In this document: positions 36,232 through 45,679 of the stretch, piece by piece
Position numbering within the stretch: the stretch's first letter is position 1
Layout of the letters: every line of letters starts with the position of its first letter
Source of the DNA: a bacterium
GTDB taxonomy: Bacteria; CLD3; SB21
Direction of reading: 5' to 3'
Length of the DNA stretch: 51,238 bases
NCBI GenBank assembly: GCA_031402315.1
Contig: JANNSF010000175.1
Location: forward strand, 1-51,238
Notes under the pieces: generated by a model
The model's database searches: none
What the model saw: only the letters and a program-made list of their open reading frames with translations
Told to the model about the DNA's origin: nothing
Translations under genes and position numbers: made by a program

Positions 36232-36791
36232 AGCTGTCTGAACATAGTCTTCGTTTTGGACAAGCAGTAGCATGGCTCATGGTTGTCGCGCTCTTCCCTT
36301 TATCTTCGCCAATTTCTTGTCAAGTCTACCTTACGCGGGATCAAGCTCTTGCTTTGCATTTTCCAGATTCGAAAATCGAAAGGAAGACGCTTTTCCTAAC
36401 CGACGCACAAGCAGAGCAAATTCAGACATCTTCAAAATCCAAACTAAACTCCAAGATTGTTGCGTACTACGTTTCCAGCAAGAATGACGGAATCGACGGT
36501 TACGCTTTCTTCGAATCGGAAATCATTCGAACTCAAAAGGCGGCCTTCATGGTTGCGCTCAATGCTACGGGCAGCGTTATCGCCGTGGAAATTCTCACAT
36601 TTCTTGAACCAAAGGATTATCTTCCACCCTCACGATGGTTGAGGCAGTTTAATGATAAATCGGGCGACGACGACCTCTATTTAAAGCGCGGCATACCAAG
36701 CATCTCGGGTGCGACAATCTCCGCTCAGGTGCTTAGCGAAGGGGTTCGTCGATGCCTGGCCATTCACAAAATCGTATCCACGAAGGAATAA
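36201..36791 (+). CDS. FMN-binding domain protein (substrate for ApbE flavinylation)
   Basis: C-terminal FMN_bind signature IPSISGATISAQ, where the Thr of SGAT is the flavinylated residue in NqrC/RnfG-type domains. The N-terminus is hydrophobic. The start is uncertain (36201 overlaps the porin gene; alternative ATG at 36279). Confidence 0.7.
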   Translation: MEYGRKLPFLKLSEHSLRFGQAVAWLMVVALFPLSSPISCQVYLTRDQALALHFPDSKIERKTLFLTDAQAEQIQTSSKSKLNSKIVAYYVSSKNDGIDGYAFFESEIIRTQKAAFMVALNATGSVIAVEILTFLEPKDYLPPSRWLRQFNDKSGDDDLYLKRGIPSISGATISAQVLSEGVRRCLAIHKIVSTKE

Positions 36792-36792
36792 T

Positions 36793-37332
36793 ATGCAGTA
36801 TTTGCAAAAAGGGGGATTTCAAATGAATCCCATGATGCGACTTACTCTTGCATTTCTTGTTTTCTTTCTGTCCCTGTTTGTTGTGAGTAATTTTCTGATG
36901 TATTTCGAGAGAATGGGATTAACCCCGTCCTCGGTCATCGCTTATTACAATGGCTCCGAAGAAGACTTTCGACCCGCCCGCACGTACGGCTCGATGCTCG
37001 AAGTTGCACATGGACATCTACCGATGATGGCAATCGTACTGCTGATGTTGACTCATCTGGTAATTTTTGCGCCATTTTCCACAATTCAAAAAGTCACTTT
37101 TATCTCTACATCCTTCCTCTCAGCTCTTGCGGAGGAATCGGGCGGGTGGCTTATTCGATTCGTCGACCCTGGATTTGTCTGGGTAAAGATTGCGGGCTTT
37201 GTTATTTTACAGGCAAGCCTTGTGTTCCTGCTGAGCTCGCTTGCCCTATTCCTGTGGCGGTCTCGTCGCGAAAACGGCAAATCTCAGCCGGGCTCCGTAC
37301 TCGCTGAGCAGGAACGCGACGAAAACTCTTGA
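36793..37332 (+). CDS. Four-helix membrane protein with conserved His pairs, function unknown
   Basis: The ATG at 36793 lies 1 nt after the stop of the upstream gene. There are four hydrophobic helices, and the motif MLEVAHGHLPMM..LTHL suggests cofactor or metal ligation. The stop overlaps the apbE start (TTGA). Confidence 0.45.
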   Translation: MQYLQKGGFQMNPMMRLTLAFLVFFLSLFVVSNFLMYFERMGLTPSSVIAYYNGSEEDFRPARTYGSMLEVAHGHLPMMAIVLLMLTHLVIFAPFSTIQKVTFISTSFLSALAEESGGWLIRFVDPGFVWVKIAGFVILQASLVFLLSSLALFLWRSRRENGKSQPGSVLAEQERDENS

Positions 37333-38315
37333 AAACCTCTTATTCTTCTCGTCGTGAGTTTTGCCGGTCAATCTTTCTCGGCGGCCTAAGTTTGCTGACG
37401 TTGGGTTGGCGGTCCAATCATAAACTTGTGCGACGCGCGACACTGACGATGGGTAGTCTGCTTGATATTCAGGTCTTCACCTCCGATACGAGACATGCTC
37501 ATCAGGCTATCCAGAAGGCTTTTGAGGAGTTTCACCGACTGGATGGCTTACTCAGCGTTTTTAAACCCACCAGCCTCGTTACCCAAATCAACCGAGGTGC
37601 GGGCAAATGTGCCGTCGAGCTTCCCGATGAAGTTCTGGCTTTGGTGCAGCACGCTATGATCTACGAGAAGGCGACGGACGGCAATTTTACCATTCTCGTT
37701 GAACCGCTTATGCGACTCTGGGGTTTTCGTGGTCACGAGTCAGCGAGATACCCAACGGACCGCGAACTGCATTTGGCCGTTGAAGCCGCCTGTCCTGGAA
37801 GTCTTTTTATTGAAGCAAAGAACAATATGGTCGGACTGCTTAATCCTCACTCGGCCATTGATTTTGGCGGCATTGCTGTGGGCTATGCTCTGGATCGTGC
37901 GGTCGCCGTGCTTCGATCAGAAGGTATAGAGTGTGGCTTGATCAATCACGCGGGTGATATCATTGCGATGGGCGCTCCGCCCGATTCCGAGGGGTGGGAT
38001 GTTGCTATTACTGATCCGTCAAACCGTGCCGATGCAGCGTATCAATTTACGCTAAAAGATGCGGCCATTGCTACATCCGGCAATTATGAATCCTATCGAG
38101 ACGTCGGCGAAACCAGGATCGGCCATATTCTGACGCCGCACCGAGGTTCCAATCCAAATCACTATCTCAGCCTGAGCATTATCACCTCAAACGCGATGGA
38201 TGCAGACGCACTATCAACAGGTCTTTTTTGTAGCGGCTCAATTCCGTTGCACACCAAACACATTGCCATTACGGCCAATCCGGGAAGCCCACCTACTGTG
38301 AGCGTGCGTGTATAG
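37329..38315 (+). CDS. apbE: FAD:protein FMN transferase ApbE (Tat-exported)
   Basis: Twin-arginine signal (SRREFCRSIFLGG). ApbE family motifs are present (MGSLLDIQV, DFGGIAVGYALD, AIATSGNYE, HILTP, DALSTG). Confidence 0.9.
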   Translation: MKTSYSSRREFCRSIFLGGLSLLTLGWRSNHKLVRRATLTMGSLLDIQVFTSDTRHAHQAIQKAFEEFHRLDGLLSVFKPTSLVTQINRGAGKCAVELPDEVLALVQHAMIYEKATDGNFTILVEPLMRLWGFRGHESARYPTDRELHLAVEAACPGSLFIEAKNNMVGLLNPHSAIDFGGIAVGYALDRAVAVLRSEGIECGLINHAGDIIAMGAPPDSEGWDVAITDPSNRADAAYQFTLKDAAIATSGNYESYRDVGETRIGHILTPHRGSNPNHYLSLSIITSNAMDADALSTGLFCSGSIPLHTKHIAITANPGSPPTVSVRV

Positions 38316-38484
38316 AATCTAACCGCAAGTTCGCGGCTTGTTTTGACTTGAGATGTTTTTACAAAGAATTCTCTTCACAACAATATTCAATAAATTAGCA
38401 TCTATTCAAATTCGTTGAATTTTCACTAAAAATTATCTTTATTCCTTTAGTTAACTTGAACGCTAACTCTTATTTAGCCTGAAT

Positions 38485-39543
38485 ATGAAAAAAATCGCGG
38501 TTATTCCCGGTGACGGAATTGGATATGAAGTCATTGACTGTGCGAAGAAAGTAATTGAGGCGACAAACTCCAAATCCTCGATGCAAATTAGCATGGTGGA
38601 TATGGACTATGGCGCCGAAAAATATTTGAAAACGAAGATCACGATGCCCGAAGAGCAGTACGAAGATTTTCACACAAATTACTCTGCTATTCTAATGGGT
38701 GCTTTTGGTGATCCGCGTGTACCCGGCAATGAGCATGCGAAAGATATTCTTCTTGGCACTCGTTTCAAACTGGATCTGTATGTCAATTTTCGCCCAATCA
38801 AATTACTCGATGAAAAATTTTGTCCTCTAAAGAACAAAACAACACGAGATGTTAATTTTACTGTTTTCCGTGAAAACACCGAAGGCGTTTATGTTGGAAT
38901 AGGAGGAATTTTTAAGAAGGGGACCGCGGACGAAATTGCAATACAAGAGGAAATCAATACGCGCAAGGGGGTTGAGCGAATTATTCGATACGCATTTGAA
39001 TTCGCCCACAAAAACAAACTCAAAAAAGTAGCCATGGCCGATAAGAGTAATGCGATGCAGTATGGGCATAACCTGTGGTATCGATGTTTCTTTGAAGTCG
39101 CTTCTGAATTTCCGGAAATCCAGGCTAAACACTATTACATTGACGCACTCGCGATGATGATGATTCGGGAACCGGAGCAATTTGAAGTGATTGTTACCAA
39201 TAATCTTTTTGGCGACATCATTACCGATCTGGGTGCGCAATTGCAAGGAGGCATGGGACTTGCAGCTTCCGGGAATATCAACCCTCAGGGCGTCTCAATG
39301 TTTGAACCTGTTCATGGAAGTGCACCGGATATTGCGGGAAAAAATATAGCCAATCCGGTTGCGGCTATCTTGACGGCTGAAATGATGCTTCGTCATTTGG
39401 GTTTTGTCAAAAATGCCAATATGATCGAACGCGCGGTTCGGGTTGCAATTCAGAAGAACCGGCTGACGAAGGAGTTAGGCGGAAACCTGGGTACAAAGGA
39501 ATGCGGTGATTTCATTTGTGATGTCATAAAAGCGGACAATTAA
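38485..39543 (+). CDS. Isopropylmalate/isocitrate/tartrate dehydrogenase family oxidative decarboxylase
   Basis: N-terminus KIAVIPGDGIG, the motif NLFGDIITDLGAQLQGGMGLAASGNINP and HGSAPDIAGKNIANP. The exact substrate cannot be told from sequence reading. Confidence 0.85.
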   Translation: MKKIAVIPGDGIGYEVIDCAKKVIEATNSKSSMQISMVDMDYGAEKYLKTKITMPEEQYEDFHTNYSAILMGAFGDPRVPGNEHAKDILLGTRFKLDLYVNFRPIKLLDEKFCPLKNKTTRDVNFTVFRENTEGVYVGIGGIFKKGTADEIAIQEEINTRKGVERIIRYAFEFAHKNKLKKVAMADKSNAMQYGHNLWYRCFFEVASEFPEIQAKHYYIDALAMMMIREPEQFEVIVTNNLFGDIITDLGAQLQGGMGLAASGNINPQGVSMFEPVHGSAPDIAGKNIANPVAAILTAEMMLRHLGFVKNANMIERAVRVAIQKNRLTKELGGNLGTKECGDFICDVIKADN

Positions 39544-39623
39544 GCGATCATGTTTATCAAAAACACTTGTGAATCAGTGAAGTGTCAGCCTAAAATATTC
39601 GCCATGGTGAGCGAGGTCAAACT

Positions 39624-40592
39624 GTGATTATTCTCACCGGAGGAGCTGGATTTATCGGTAGCGCGACACTTGGTAAGCTGAATGAAATGGGTCACGACAA
39701 TATTCTGATTGTTGATAATTTAGGATCTACTGAGAAGTGGAAAAATCTGGTCGGCAAGAAATTCGCAGACTACATTCATAAGACCGAATTTCTAAAACGC
39801 CTCGATAATAAAGCCTATTTTGAGGACGCTACATCTGTAATTCATTTCGGAGCGTGCTCCTCTACGACCGAGCACGATATGGATTATCTCATGCAGAATA
39901 ATTTTCGTTACTCCCAAAGGCTAGCCGAATGGGCACTGGCCAGGGATTTGCGTTTTATCTATGCCAGCAGCGCGGCCACCTATGGAGATGGCGCAAATGC
40001 TTTTTCGGATGACGATGTCAATACGCCGAAACTGAAACCCATCAATCGATATGGATATTCTAAACATCTTTTTGATTTGTGGATTTTACGTGAAAACATT
40101 CAAAACAGAATAGCCGGGCTGAAGTTCTTTAATGTTTTTGGGCCCAACGAATACCATAAAGGTGACATGCGTAGCCTTATTCATAAAGCCTTCATACAAA
40201 TTCAGGAGACGGGTAAGATTCGGCTTTTCAAGTCTCACCGAAATGATTATCGGGATGGCGAACAGGTTCGTGATTTCATTTATATCAAAGACTGCGTTAA
40301 TATTATCGATTGGCTGTTACAGACGCCTCAGGCTAATGGTATCATGAATTTGGGTACCGGCAAGGCTCGTTCCTGGAACGATCTCGCAAAGGCTATCTTT
40401 GATGCGATGCGCGTGAAACCAAATGTCGAATACTTTGATATGCCGGAGATATTGCGCTCCGCTTATCAGTATCGTACGGAGGCCGAAATCTCAAAGCTTC
40501 AAGGAATGGGTTGCCCCGTTGTATTTCAATCACTTGAGGATTCTGTAAAGGACTATGTGACGAAGTATCTCATGAAGTCTGAGTATTTGTAA
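39624..40592 (+). CDS. hldD: ADP-L-glycero-D-manno-heptose 6-epimerase
   Basis: MIILTGGAGFIGS....LN..G...ILIVDNL N-terminus, YGYSK catalytic context and 322 aa, all typical of HldD/RfaD. GTG start. Confidence 0.8.
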   Translation: MIILTGGAGFIGSATLGKLNEMGHDNILIVDNLGSTEKWKNLVGKKFADYIHKTEFLKRLDNKAYFEDATSVIHFGACSSTTEHDMDYLMQNNFRYSQRLAEWALARDLRFIYASSAATYGDGANAFSDDDVNTPKLKPINRYGYSKHLFDLWILRENIQNRIAGLKFFNVFGPNEYHKGDMRSLIHKAFIQIQETGKIRLFKSHRNDYRDGEQVRDFIYIKDCVNIIDWLLQTPQANGIMNLGTGKARSWNDLAKAIFDAMRVKPNVEYFDMPEILRSAYQYRTEAEISKLQGMGCPVVFQSLEDSVKDYVTKYLMKSEYL

Positions 40593-40637
40593 TGATGGGA
40601 TGATATTTCAATAATAACCTCGGTCCAATAAATCATC

Positions 40638-41588
40638 ATGGTAGCTTTTTCCGACATTATCGCGGCTAACGCGCGAATACAAAAGGCAATTCATAAGACC
40701 CCCATTTTGTCGTCCGGCCTGATCAACACGCAGACAAATAACTCTATTTTCTTTAAGTGTGAAAACTTCCAACGTATTGGCGCATTCAAGATTCGCGGAG
40801 CCTACAACAAAATTGCCTCTCTTTCTCGGGATGAACTGAAACGAGGAGTAGTCGCTTTCTCATCAGGAAATCACGCCCAAGGCGTTGCGCTTGCATCACG
40901 GATGATTGGAACCACGGCAAAAATTGTAATGCCGAACAACTCTCCGGAAATAAAGTTAAATGCAACCAGGGCTTATGGGGCTGAGGTTATCATTTATGAT
41001 TTCTTGACCGGAAATCGTGAGCTTATTGGAAGAAAAATTGCCGAGGACGAAAATCGCGTTCTTGTCCCGCCGTTTGATGACGAATTGATCATCGCCGGGC
41101 AAGGTACGATTGGACTTGAGGTAGCCGAAAAAATAAAGAATTTGGATTACGTTTTTGTACCGGTCGGTGGAGGCGGTTTGCTCGCAGGAAATGCGATTTC
41201 TTTCAAATCACTGTACCCAAAAATTAAGGTTATTGGCGTTGAAACGGAGAACGCAAACGATGCCTATCAATCGTTTCGTAAGAAGGAAATTGTAACCATC
41301 AAGCCCCCCGATACGATCGCGGACGGCATGCGAACCCTCTCTCTTGGAAAGCGAAATTTTGAAATTATTTTGAAGTATGTGGATGATATCCTAACCGTCT
41401 CAGACCTTGAGGTTATTCACGCCATGGAGTGGATTTATTCTCGACTTAAGATTGTTGTCGAGCCTACCGCGGCTGTTCCTTTTGCGGCCGTTATGAAGAA
41501 CGAATTAGGCCTTAATGGAAAAGAGATCGCCGTCGTTTTAAGTGGTGGAAATATTGATGTAAAAGATTTTTTTAGCTATCTGAAATAA
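40638..41588 (+). CDS. PLP-dependent threonine/serine dehydratase family enzyme (serine racemase-like)
   Basis: PLP-lysine motif FKCENFQRIGAFKIRGA, followed by SSGNHAQG and the glycine loop PVGGGGL. Confidence 0.85.
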   Translation: MVAFSDIIAANARIQKAIHKTPILSSGLINTQTNNSIFFKCENFQRIGAFKIRGAYNKIASLSRDELKRGVVAFSSGNHAQGVALASRMIGTTAKIVMPNNSPEIKLNATRAYGAEVIIYDFLTGNRELIGRKIAEDENRVLVPPFDDELIIAGQGTIGLEVAEKIKNLDYVFVPVGGGGLLAGNAISFKSLYPKIKVIGVETENANDAYQSFRKKEIVTIKPPDTIADGMRTLSLGKRNFEIILKYVDDILTVSDLEVIHAMEWIYSRLKIVVEPTAAVPFAAVMKNELGLNGKEIAVVLSGGNIDVKDFFSYLK

Positions 41589-41595
41589 TAGATCA

Positions 41596-42360
41596 TCACA
41601 AAGATAATTCCCATTTCTTCAGTTTTTCAATCATGGCGTAGTGGGTTAGATCAATTTGGATCGGTGTAATCGATATATTATTTTTAGCCACCGCTACGTC
41701 GTCTACATCGTCTTCGTGATCTAAAATCATCTTTTTCCCGGTAAGCCAGTAGTAAGCTCGACCGCTCAGATCAAGCCGTTTTTCAAATTCCTCTTCGTAT
41801 CGTCCTCTTCCTTGCCTTGCTATGACAACTCCTTTCAATTCGGATCTTTTACCGGGCGGAATATTGATATTCAGAAGCACGTCCGGTGGCAGGCCTTTGG
41901 CTAAGACTTCTTTTGCAACGCGAGCCGTGAATTCAGCCGCAAACGAAAGATCAATTTTATGATCGAAGCTAATGGACGATGTTGCAATGGCCGGAATTCC
42001 CATAATAACACCTTCCGTTGCCGCTGAAACGGTACCCGAATACAGTACATTGGTGGCTGTATTGGACCCATGGTTGATGCCCGAAACGACAATATCCGGT
42101 TTTTGCGGCATAATCATTTTGATAGCGATTTTGACACAATCCGCCGGCGTGCCGGAAATAGCATAGCCGGAGAATTTCTCGGCGCGTTCGTATTCAATGA
42201 CCCGAATCGGATCATGAATTGTAATAGCGTGCCCCACAGCACTACGCTCGATATGGGGCGCGACGACGGTTACTTCACCGATCTTTGTCAATTCTTTGTA
42301 GAGCGCGAAGAGGCCGTTTGAATCGATACCGTCATCGTTGGTCAGTAGAATTCGTGTCAT
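41596..42360 (-). CDS. surE: 5'/3'-nucleotidase SurE
   Basis: MTRILLTNDDGIDSNGL N-terminus, GINHGSN and YSGTVSAA motifs. 4-nt overlap with accD. Confidence 0.95.
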   Translation of the reverse strand: MTRILLTNDDGIDSNGLFALYKELTKIGEVTVVAPHIERSAVGHAITIHDPIRVIEYERAEKFSGYAISGTPADCVKIAIKMIMPQKPDIVVSGINHGSNTATNVLYSGTVSAATEGVIMGIPAIATSSISFDHKIDLSFAAEFTARVAKEVLAKGLPPDVLLNINIPPGKRSELKGVVIARQGRGRYEEEFEKRLDLSGRAYYWLTGKKMILDHEDDVDDVAVAKNNISITPIQIDLTHYAMIEKLKKWELSL

Positions 42361-43232
42361 AGCTTCTGCGGTTCGAATCTTGTATTTGTATTAGCTTCAA
42401 AGAATTTCAAAAGGCGAGAAAGGGTTTTCTTCAAGTCGTTGCGTGGAACGATCAAATCCACAAATCCGTGGTCGACCAAAAACTCCGCCGTTTGAAATCC
42501 GTCCGGAAGATCTTTGCCCGTTGCTTCTTTTACCACGCGCGGACCGGCGAAACCAATTAACGCGCCCGGCTCGGCTAGTATGACGTCGCCTAACATGGCA
42601 AAACTCGCAGTCACTCCGCCGGTCGTTGGATCTGTTAGTAGTGAGATGTATGGAATTCCGGCTTCATGAAGTAACGACAACTTCATGCTCGTTTTTGCCA
42701 TTTGCATGAGTGATAGAGCACCTTCCATCATGCGTGCGCCACCCGATGCGGAAACAATGATCATGGGCAACTTGTGTTTATAAGCTTCATCCGCCGCCCG
42801 TGAAATTTTTTCACCAACGACCGAACCCATGCTGCCACCGATAAACCCGAAATCCATGACGGCCACCATGACGGGCCGACCTTCGATTTTACCATAACCC
42901 GTGTGAATGGCATCCTTGATGCCTGTTTTTTTAATCATCGCGTTAATTCGATCGGAGTATTTTTTCGTATCAACAAACTCAAACGGATCAACCGAGATCA
43001 TATTGGCGTGCGTTGGCACAAAACTCCCCTCATCCAGCATGAGTTGAATATAGGTTCTGGCAAAGACGCGAAAGTGGTAGCCGCATTTTGGACAAATAAA
43101 GAAATTATCCGCAACGTCCTTCTTGTATAAAACTTCACCACATTTATCGCACTTTCGCCAAACGTTAGGCAGATCTTTTTTTTCACCGCCCTCGGAACGA
43201 ACCCCTTCTTTTTTACGCTGAAACCAATTCAT
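42357..43232 (-). CDS. accD: Acetyl-CoA carboxylase carboxyltransferase beta subunit
   Basis: N-terminal zinc ribbon CDKCGEVLY...CPKCGYH and the carboxyltransferase core (MDFGFIGGSMGSVVGEK, SGGARMQEG-like SGGARMMEG). Confidence 0.95.
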   Translation of the reverse strand: MNWFQRKKEGVRSEGGEKKDLPNVWRKCDKCGEVLYKKDVADNFFICPKCGYHFRVFARTYIQLMLDEGSFVPTHANMISVDPFEFVDTKKYSDRINAMIKKTGIKDAIHTGYGKIEGRPVMVAVMDFGFIGGSMGSVVGEKISRAADEAYKHKLPMIIVSASGGARMMEGALSLMQMAKTSMKLSLLHEAGIPYISLLTDPTTGGVTASFAMLGDVILAEPGALIGFAGPRVVKEATGKDLPDGFQTAEFLVDHGFVDLIVPRNDLKKTLSRLLKFFEANTNTRFEPQKL

Positions 43233-43254
43233 TTTTAGGACCTTTGCGTTTGTA

Positions 43255-43704
43255 TTATTTCAAATCACAATCCATCAGGATTGCATCCTCAGCATTCATG
43301 AATCCGTCATGGTAGTAATCTTTCCGTTCACCTACTTTATGAAATTTATTCTTTTCATACAATTTAATAGCAGGAATATTGGATTTGCGAACCTCAAGCA
43401 TAACTTTCTTGCAATTCTTTTTTTTTGCGATTTGAAACACTTCATTCATAAGGGTCTGCGCATAACCTCTTTTTTGAAAATCCGGATGAATCGCAATATT
43501 CGCAAGATGACATTCGTCCATGACTATCCAAATGATAATAAATCCGATTACGAGGCCGTCAATTTCCAGAACATATTGCAAGGAAAGATCGGAATTTTTG
43601 AATTCATCCAAGAAGTTATTTTTGGTCCACGGATTTTCAAATGTACTCTTCTCGACGATTAGAACTCGTTCTATGTCATCTTGCGTCATGGCCCTTAGGT
43701 TCAC
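43255..43704 (-). CDS. rimI: Ribosomal-protein-alanine N-acetyltransferase RimI-like GNAT
   Basis: 149-aa GNAT with the acetyl-CoA motif (HPDFQKRGYAQTLM). It overlaps tsaB by 4 nt in the conserved tsaE-tsaB-rimI order. Confidence 0.8.
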   Translation of the reverse strand: MNLRAMTQDDIERVLIVEKSTFENPWTKNNFLDEFKNSDLSLQYVLEIDGLVIGFIIIWIVMDECHLANIAIHPDFQKRGYAQTLMNEVFQIAKKKNCKKVMLEVRKSNIPAIKLYEKNKFHKVGERKDYYHDGFMNAEDAILMDCDLK

Positions 43705-44342
43705 ACGGCACCCCGAAATCCCTGTACATAAAATGGCGATAGTGTGTGAAGAACGTCTTTTTCATTCTGCTGTATTCTTTTGAAGGCCAGCTCATTTAGA
43801 GCAAACGGATCAATTTCAAGCTTCTCTTGTTTATCATCGATGCGTGGGATATCCAAGTCTGTGACAAGAAGATGAGGTTCCTTTAATCGCAACAAAAGGT
43901 CTTCCAGTCCAAGTACCATAACTTTACTCAAACGTTTTCCCTCCATATACTCTGCGCAATAGAACTCGTCTTTTCGCGACACCATCGCGACCACGACTCT
44001 TTCAATTCGATGTCGGTGTGTAAATCCTATTACATCGAGCGTACCTATACCCAATAGTGGGACGCCTAGGGAATAAGCCAGTCCTTTTGCAACGGACATT
44101 CCAATTCTCAGACCCGTAAAGGAGCCGGGACCCTGGGAAATGGAAACAGCGGATATGTGATGCTTGTTTGTATGGGTAATCGCCAACAGAGTATCAATAA
44201 TCTGTAATATTTTTTCCGAGTGGCCTACAGAAGCTTTAAGAATGCACTTTTCGATCGGCAATATCTTGACTTGAGTATAGCTGGAAATTGCGATCCCGCA
44301 CTGTTTTGTCGCGGTGTCAATGCCTAATATAGTCATATTCAA
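43701..44342 (-). CDS. tsaB: tRNA t6A37 biosynthesis protein TsaB
   Basis: ILGIDTA N-terminus, GPGSFTGLRIG motif and about 213 aa. Located between tsaE and rimI. Confidence 0.9.
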   Translation of the reverse strand: MNMTILGIDTATKQCGIAISSYTQVKILPIEKCILKASVGHSEKILQIIDTLLAITHTNKHHISAVSISQGPGSFTGLRIGMSVAKGLAYSLGVPLLGIGTLDVIGFTHRHRIERVVVAMVSRKDEFYCAEYMEGKRLSKVMVLGLEDLLLRLKEPHLLVTDLDIPRIDDKQEKLEIDPFALNELAFKRIQQNEKDVLHTLSPFYVQGFRGAV

Positions 44343-44757
44343 TCCGTCGTTCTGTGGCTGCGGTTTTTTTTAGGCTAATTTTCCAGTAGCTTTGAGTTAT
44401 ATTCATCTCAATTCGCTCTGCCCATTCGACCAGACAGATGCATTTCTCATCAAAAAGGTATTCCTGTAGGCCTAAGTCATCCCATTCTTTTTTTGCATCA
44501 ATTCGGTAGAAGTCAAAGTGATTGATTTCTATAGTGCGGCCTGAAAGTATTCCTAAATATTGGTTTTGAATAATGAATGTCGGACTATTGACGGACTCTT
44601 CAACGTTGAAAAACTCGCATATTCCTTGAATTATTTGAGTCTTCCCGGAGCCCAAGTCTCCAAAAAATCCAACAACATCTCCGGAACGCAGATTCTCAGC
44701 AAAAGCCCTTCCAAAGGCGCGAGTGTCTTGTACGCTTTTTGATTGTATGATTTCCAA
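44317..44757 (-). CDS. tsaE: tRNA t6A37 biosynthesis ATPase TsaE
   Basis: 146 aa with Walker A GDLGSGKT, SPTF and HFDFYR motifs. Confidence 0.9.
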   Translation of the reverse strand: MEIIQSKSVQDTRAFGRAFAENLRSGDVVGFFGDLGSGKTQIIQGICEFFNVEESVNSPTFIIQNQYLGILSGRTIEINHFDFYRIDAKKEWDDLGLQEYLFDEKCICLVEWAERIEMNITQSYWKISLKKTAATERRIEYDYIRH

Positions 44758-44762
44758 TAAAT

Positions 44763-45476
44763 CTAAATGTGTTTAGCCGCGGGCTGATCCAAAAACCAAA
44801 GCAGATTACCGTGAGTTGGTTTTACACGAACAGCCGGCAAGTCCTCACCGCTAAAAATGCGTTTCAAAATATCTGATTTTGTTGGCCCGGATGCAATAAA
44901 CATGACATTGTTGGCATTATTAATGGTCGGAAAGGTAAAAGTGACGCGGTGTTTGCCGAGTTTTTTCACAAAATTATCCATAACAAGGAAGTTTTTTTCA
45001 TGAATTGCATCCGTGTCGGGAAATAGTGATGCCGTATGACCATCATCCCCCACACCCAATAATATCAAGTCAAACTTTGGAAATTCTCCGTCGGCCAAAC
45101 TGAAAAATTCTTTTATGTCGTCTTCACATTGCTGAGCCGCAAGCATGAGATCCTCTTCGGTTCCGATTCGATGGACATTGGATTCCGGAATTGAGATCTT
45201 ATCCAATAAGGCGGTTTTTGCCATACCATAATTCGAATCCGGATGCGTTTTTATGACATCTCGCTCATCGCCCCAAAAAAGGTGAACTTTAGTCCAATCC
45301 AATTGTTTACTGTACTCACTGCCAAGCAGGGTGTATATTACTCGCGGTGTCTGCCCTCCGGACAGAACAAAAGAGAAAAAATTGTGATCCTCTATACTTT
45401 TGGTTCCAATTTCTATGATCTTTTCGGCGGATTTATTTTGTAATTCTTCAGCTGAATCAAATACATGCTTTTCCAT
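44763..45476 (-). CDS. pgl: 6-phosphogluconolactonase
   Basis: LSGGQTP and LLGVGDDGHTASLFP motifs of the 6PGL/NagB family. 237 aa. Confidence 0.9.
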   Translation of the reverse strand: MEKHVFDSAEELQNKSAEKIIEIGTKSIEDHNFFSFVLSGGQTPRVIYTLLGSEYSKQLDWTKVHLFWGDERDVIKTHPDSNYGMAKTALLDKISIPESNVHRIGTEEDLMLAAQQCEDDIKEFFSLADGEFPKFDLILLGVGDDGHTASLFPDTDAIHEKNFLVMDNFVKKLGKHRVTFTFPTINNANNVMFIASGPTKSDILKRIFSGEDLPAVRVKPTHGNLLWFLDQPAAKHI

Positions 45477-45679
45477 AATTCCTCACGGTTAGATTTGCTC
45501 GCACTCCGATATTCAATGCCGGTTTCAAGATAAAATAAATCAAAAAGTAAACAAAGGACATTTTATATTGAAGCTTTTCACCGCATGGCTATACTTTTGT
45601 CATCAAGTAGACACTACAGTGAATGGCGCCAGATTAATTCGTCATTGGTGCTAAATAATCAATCTCCAAGAGTGGACCA

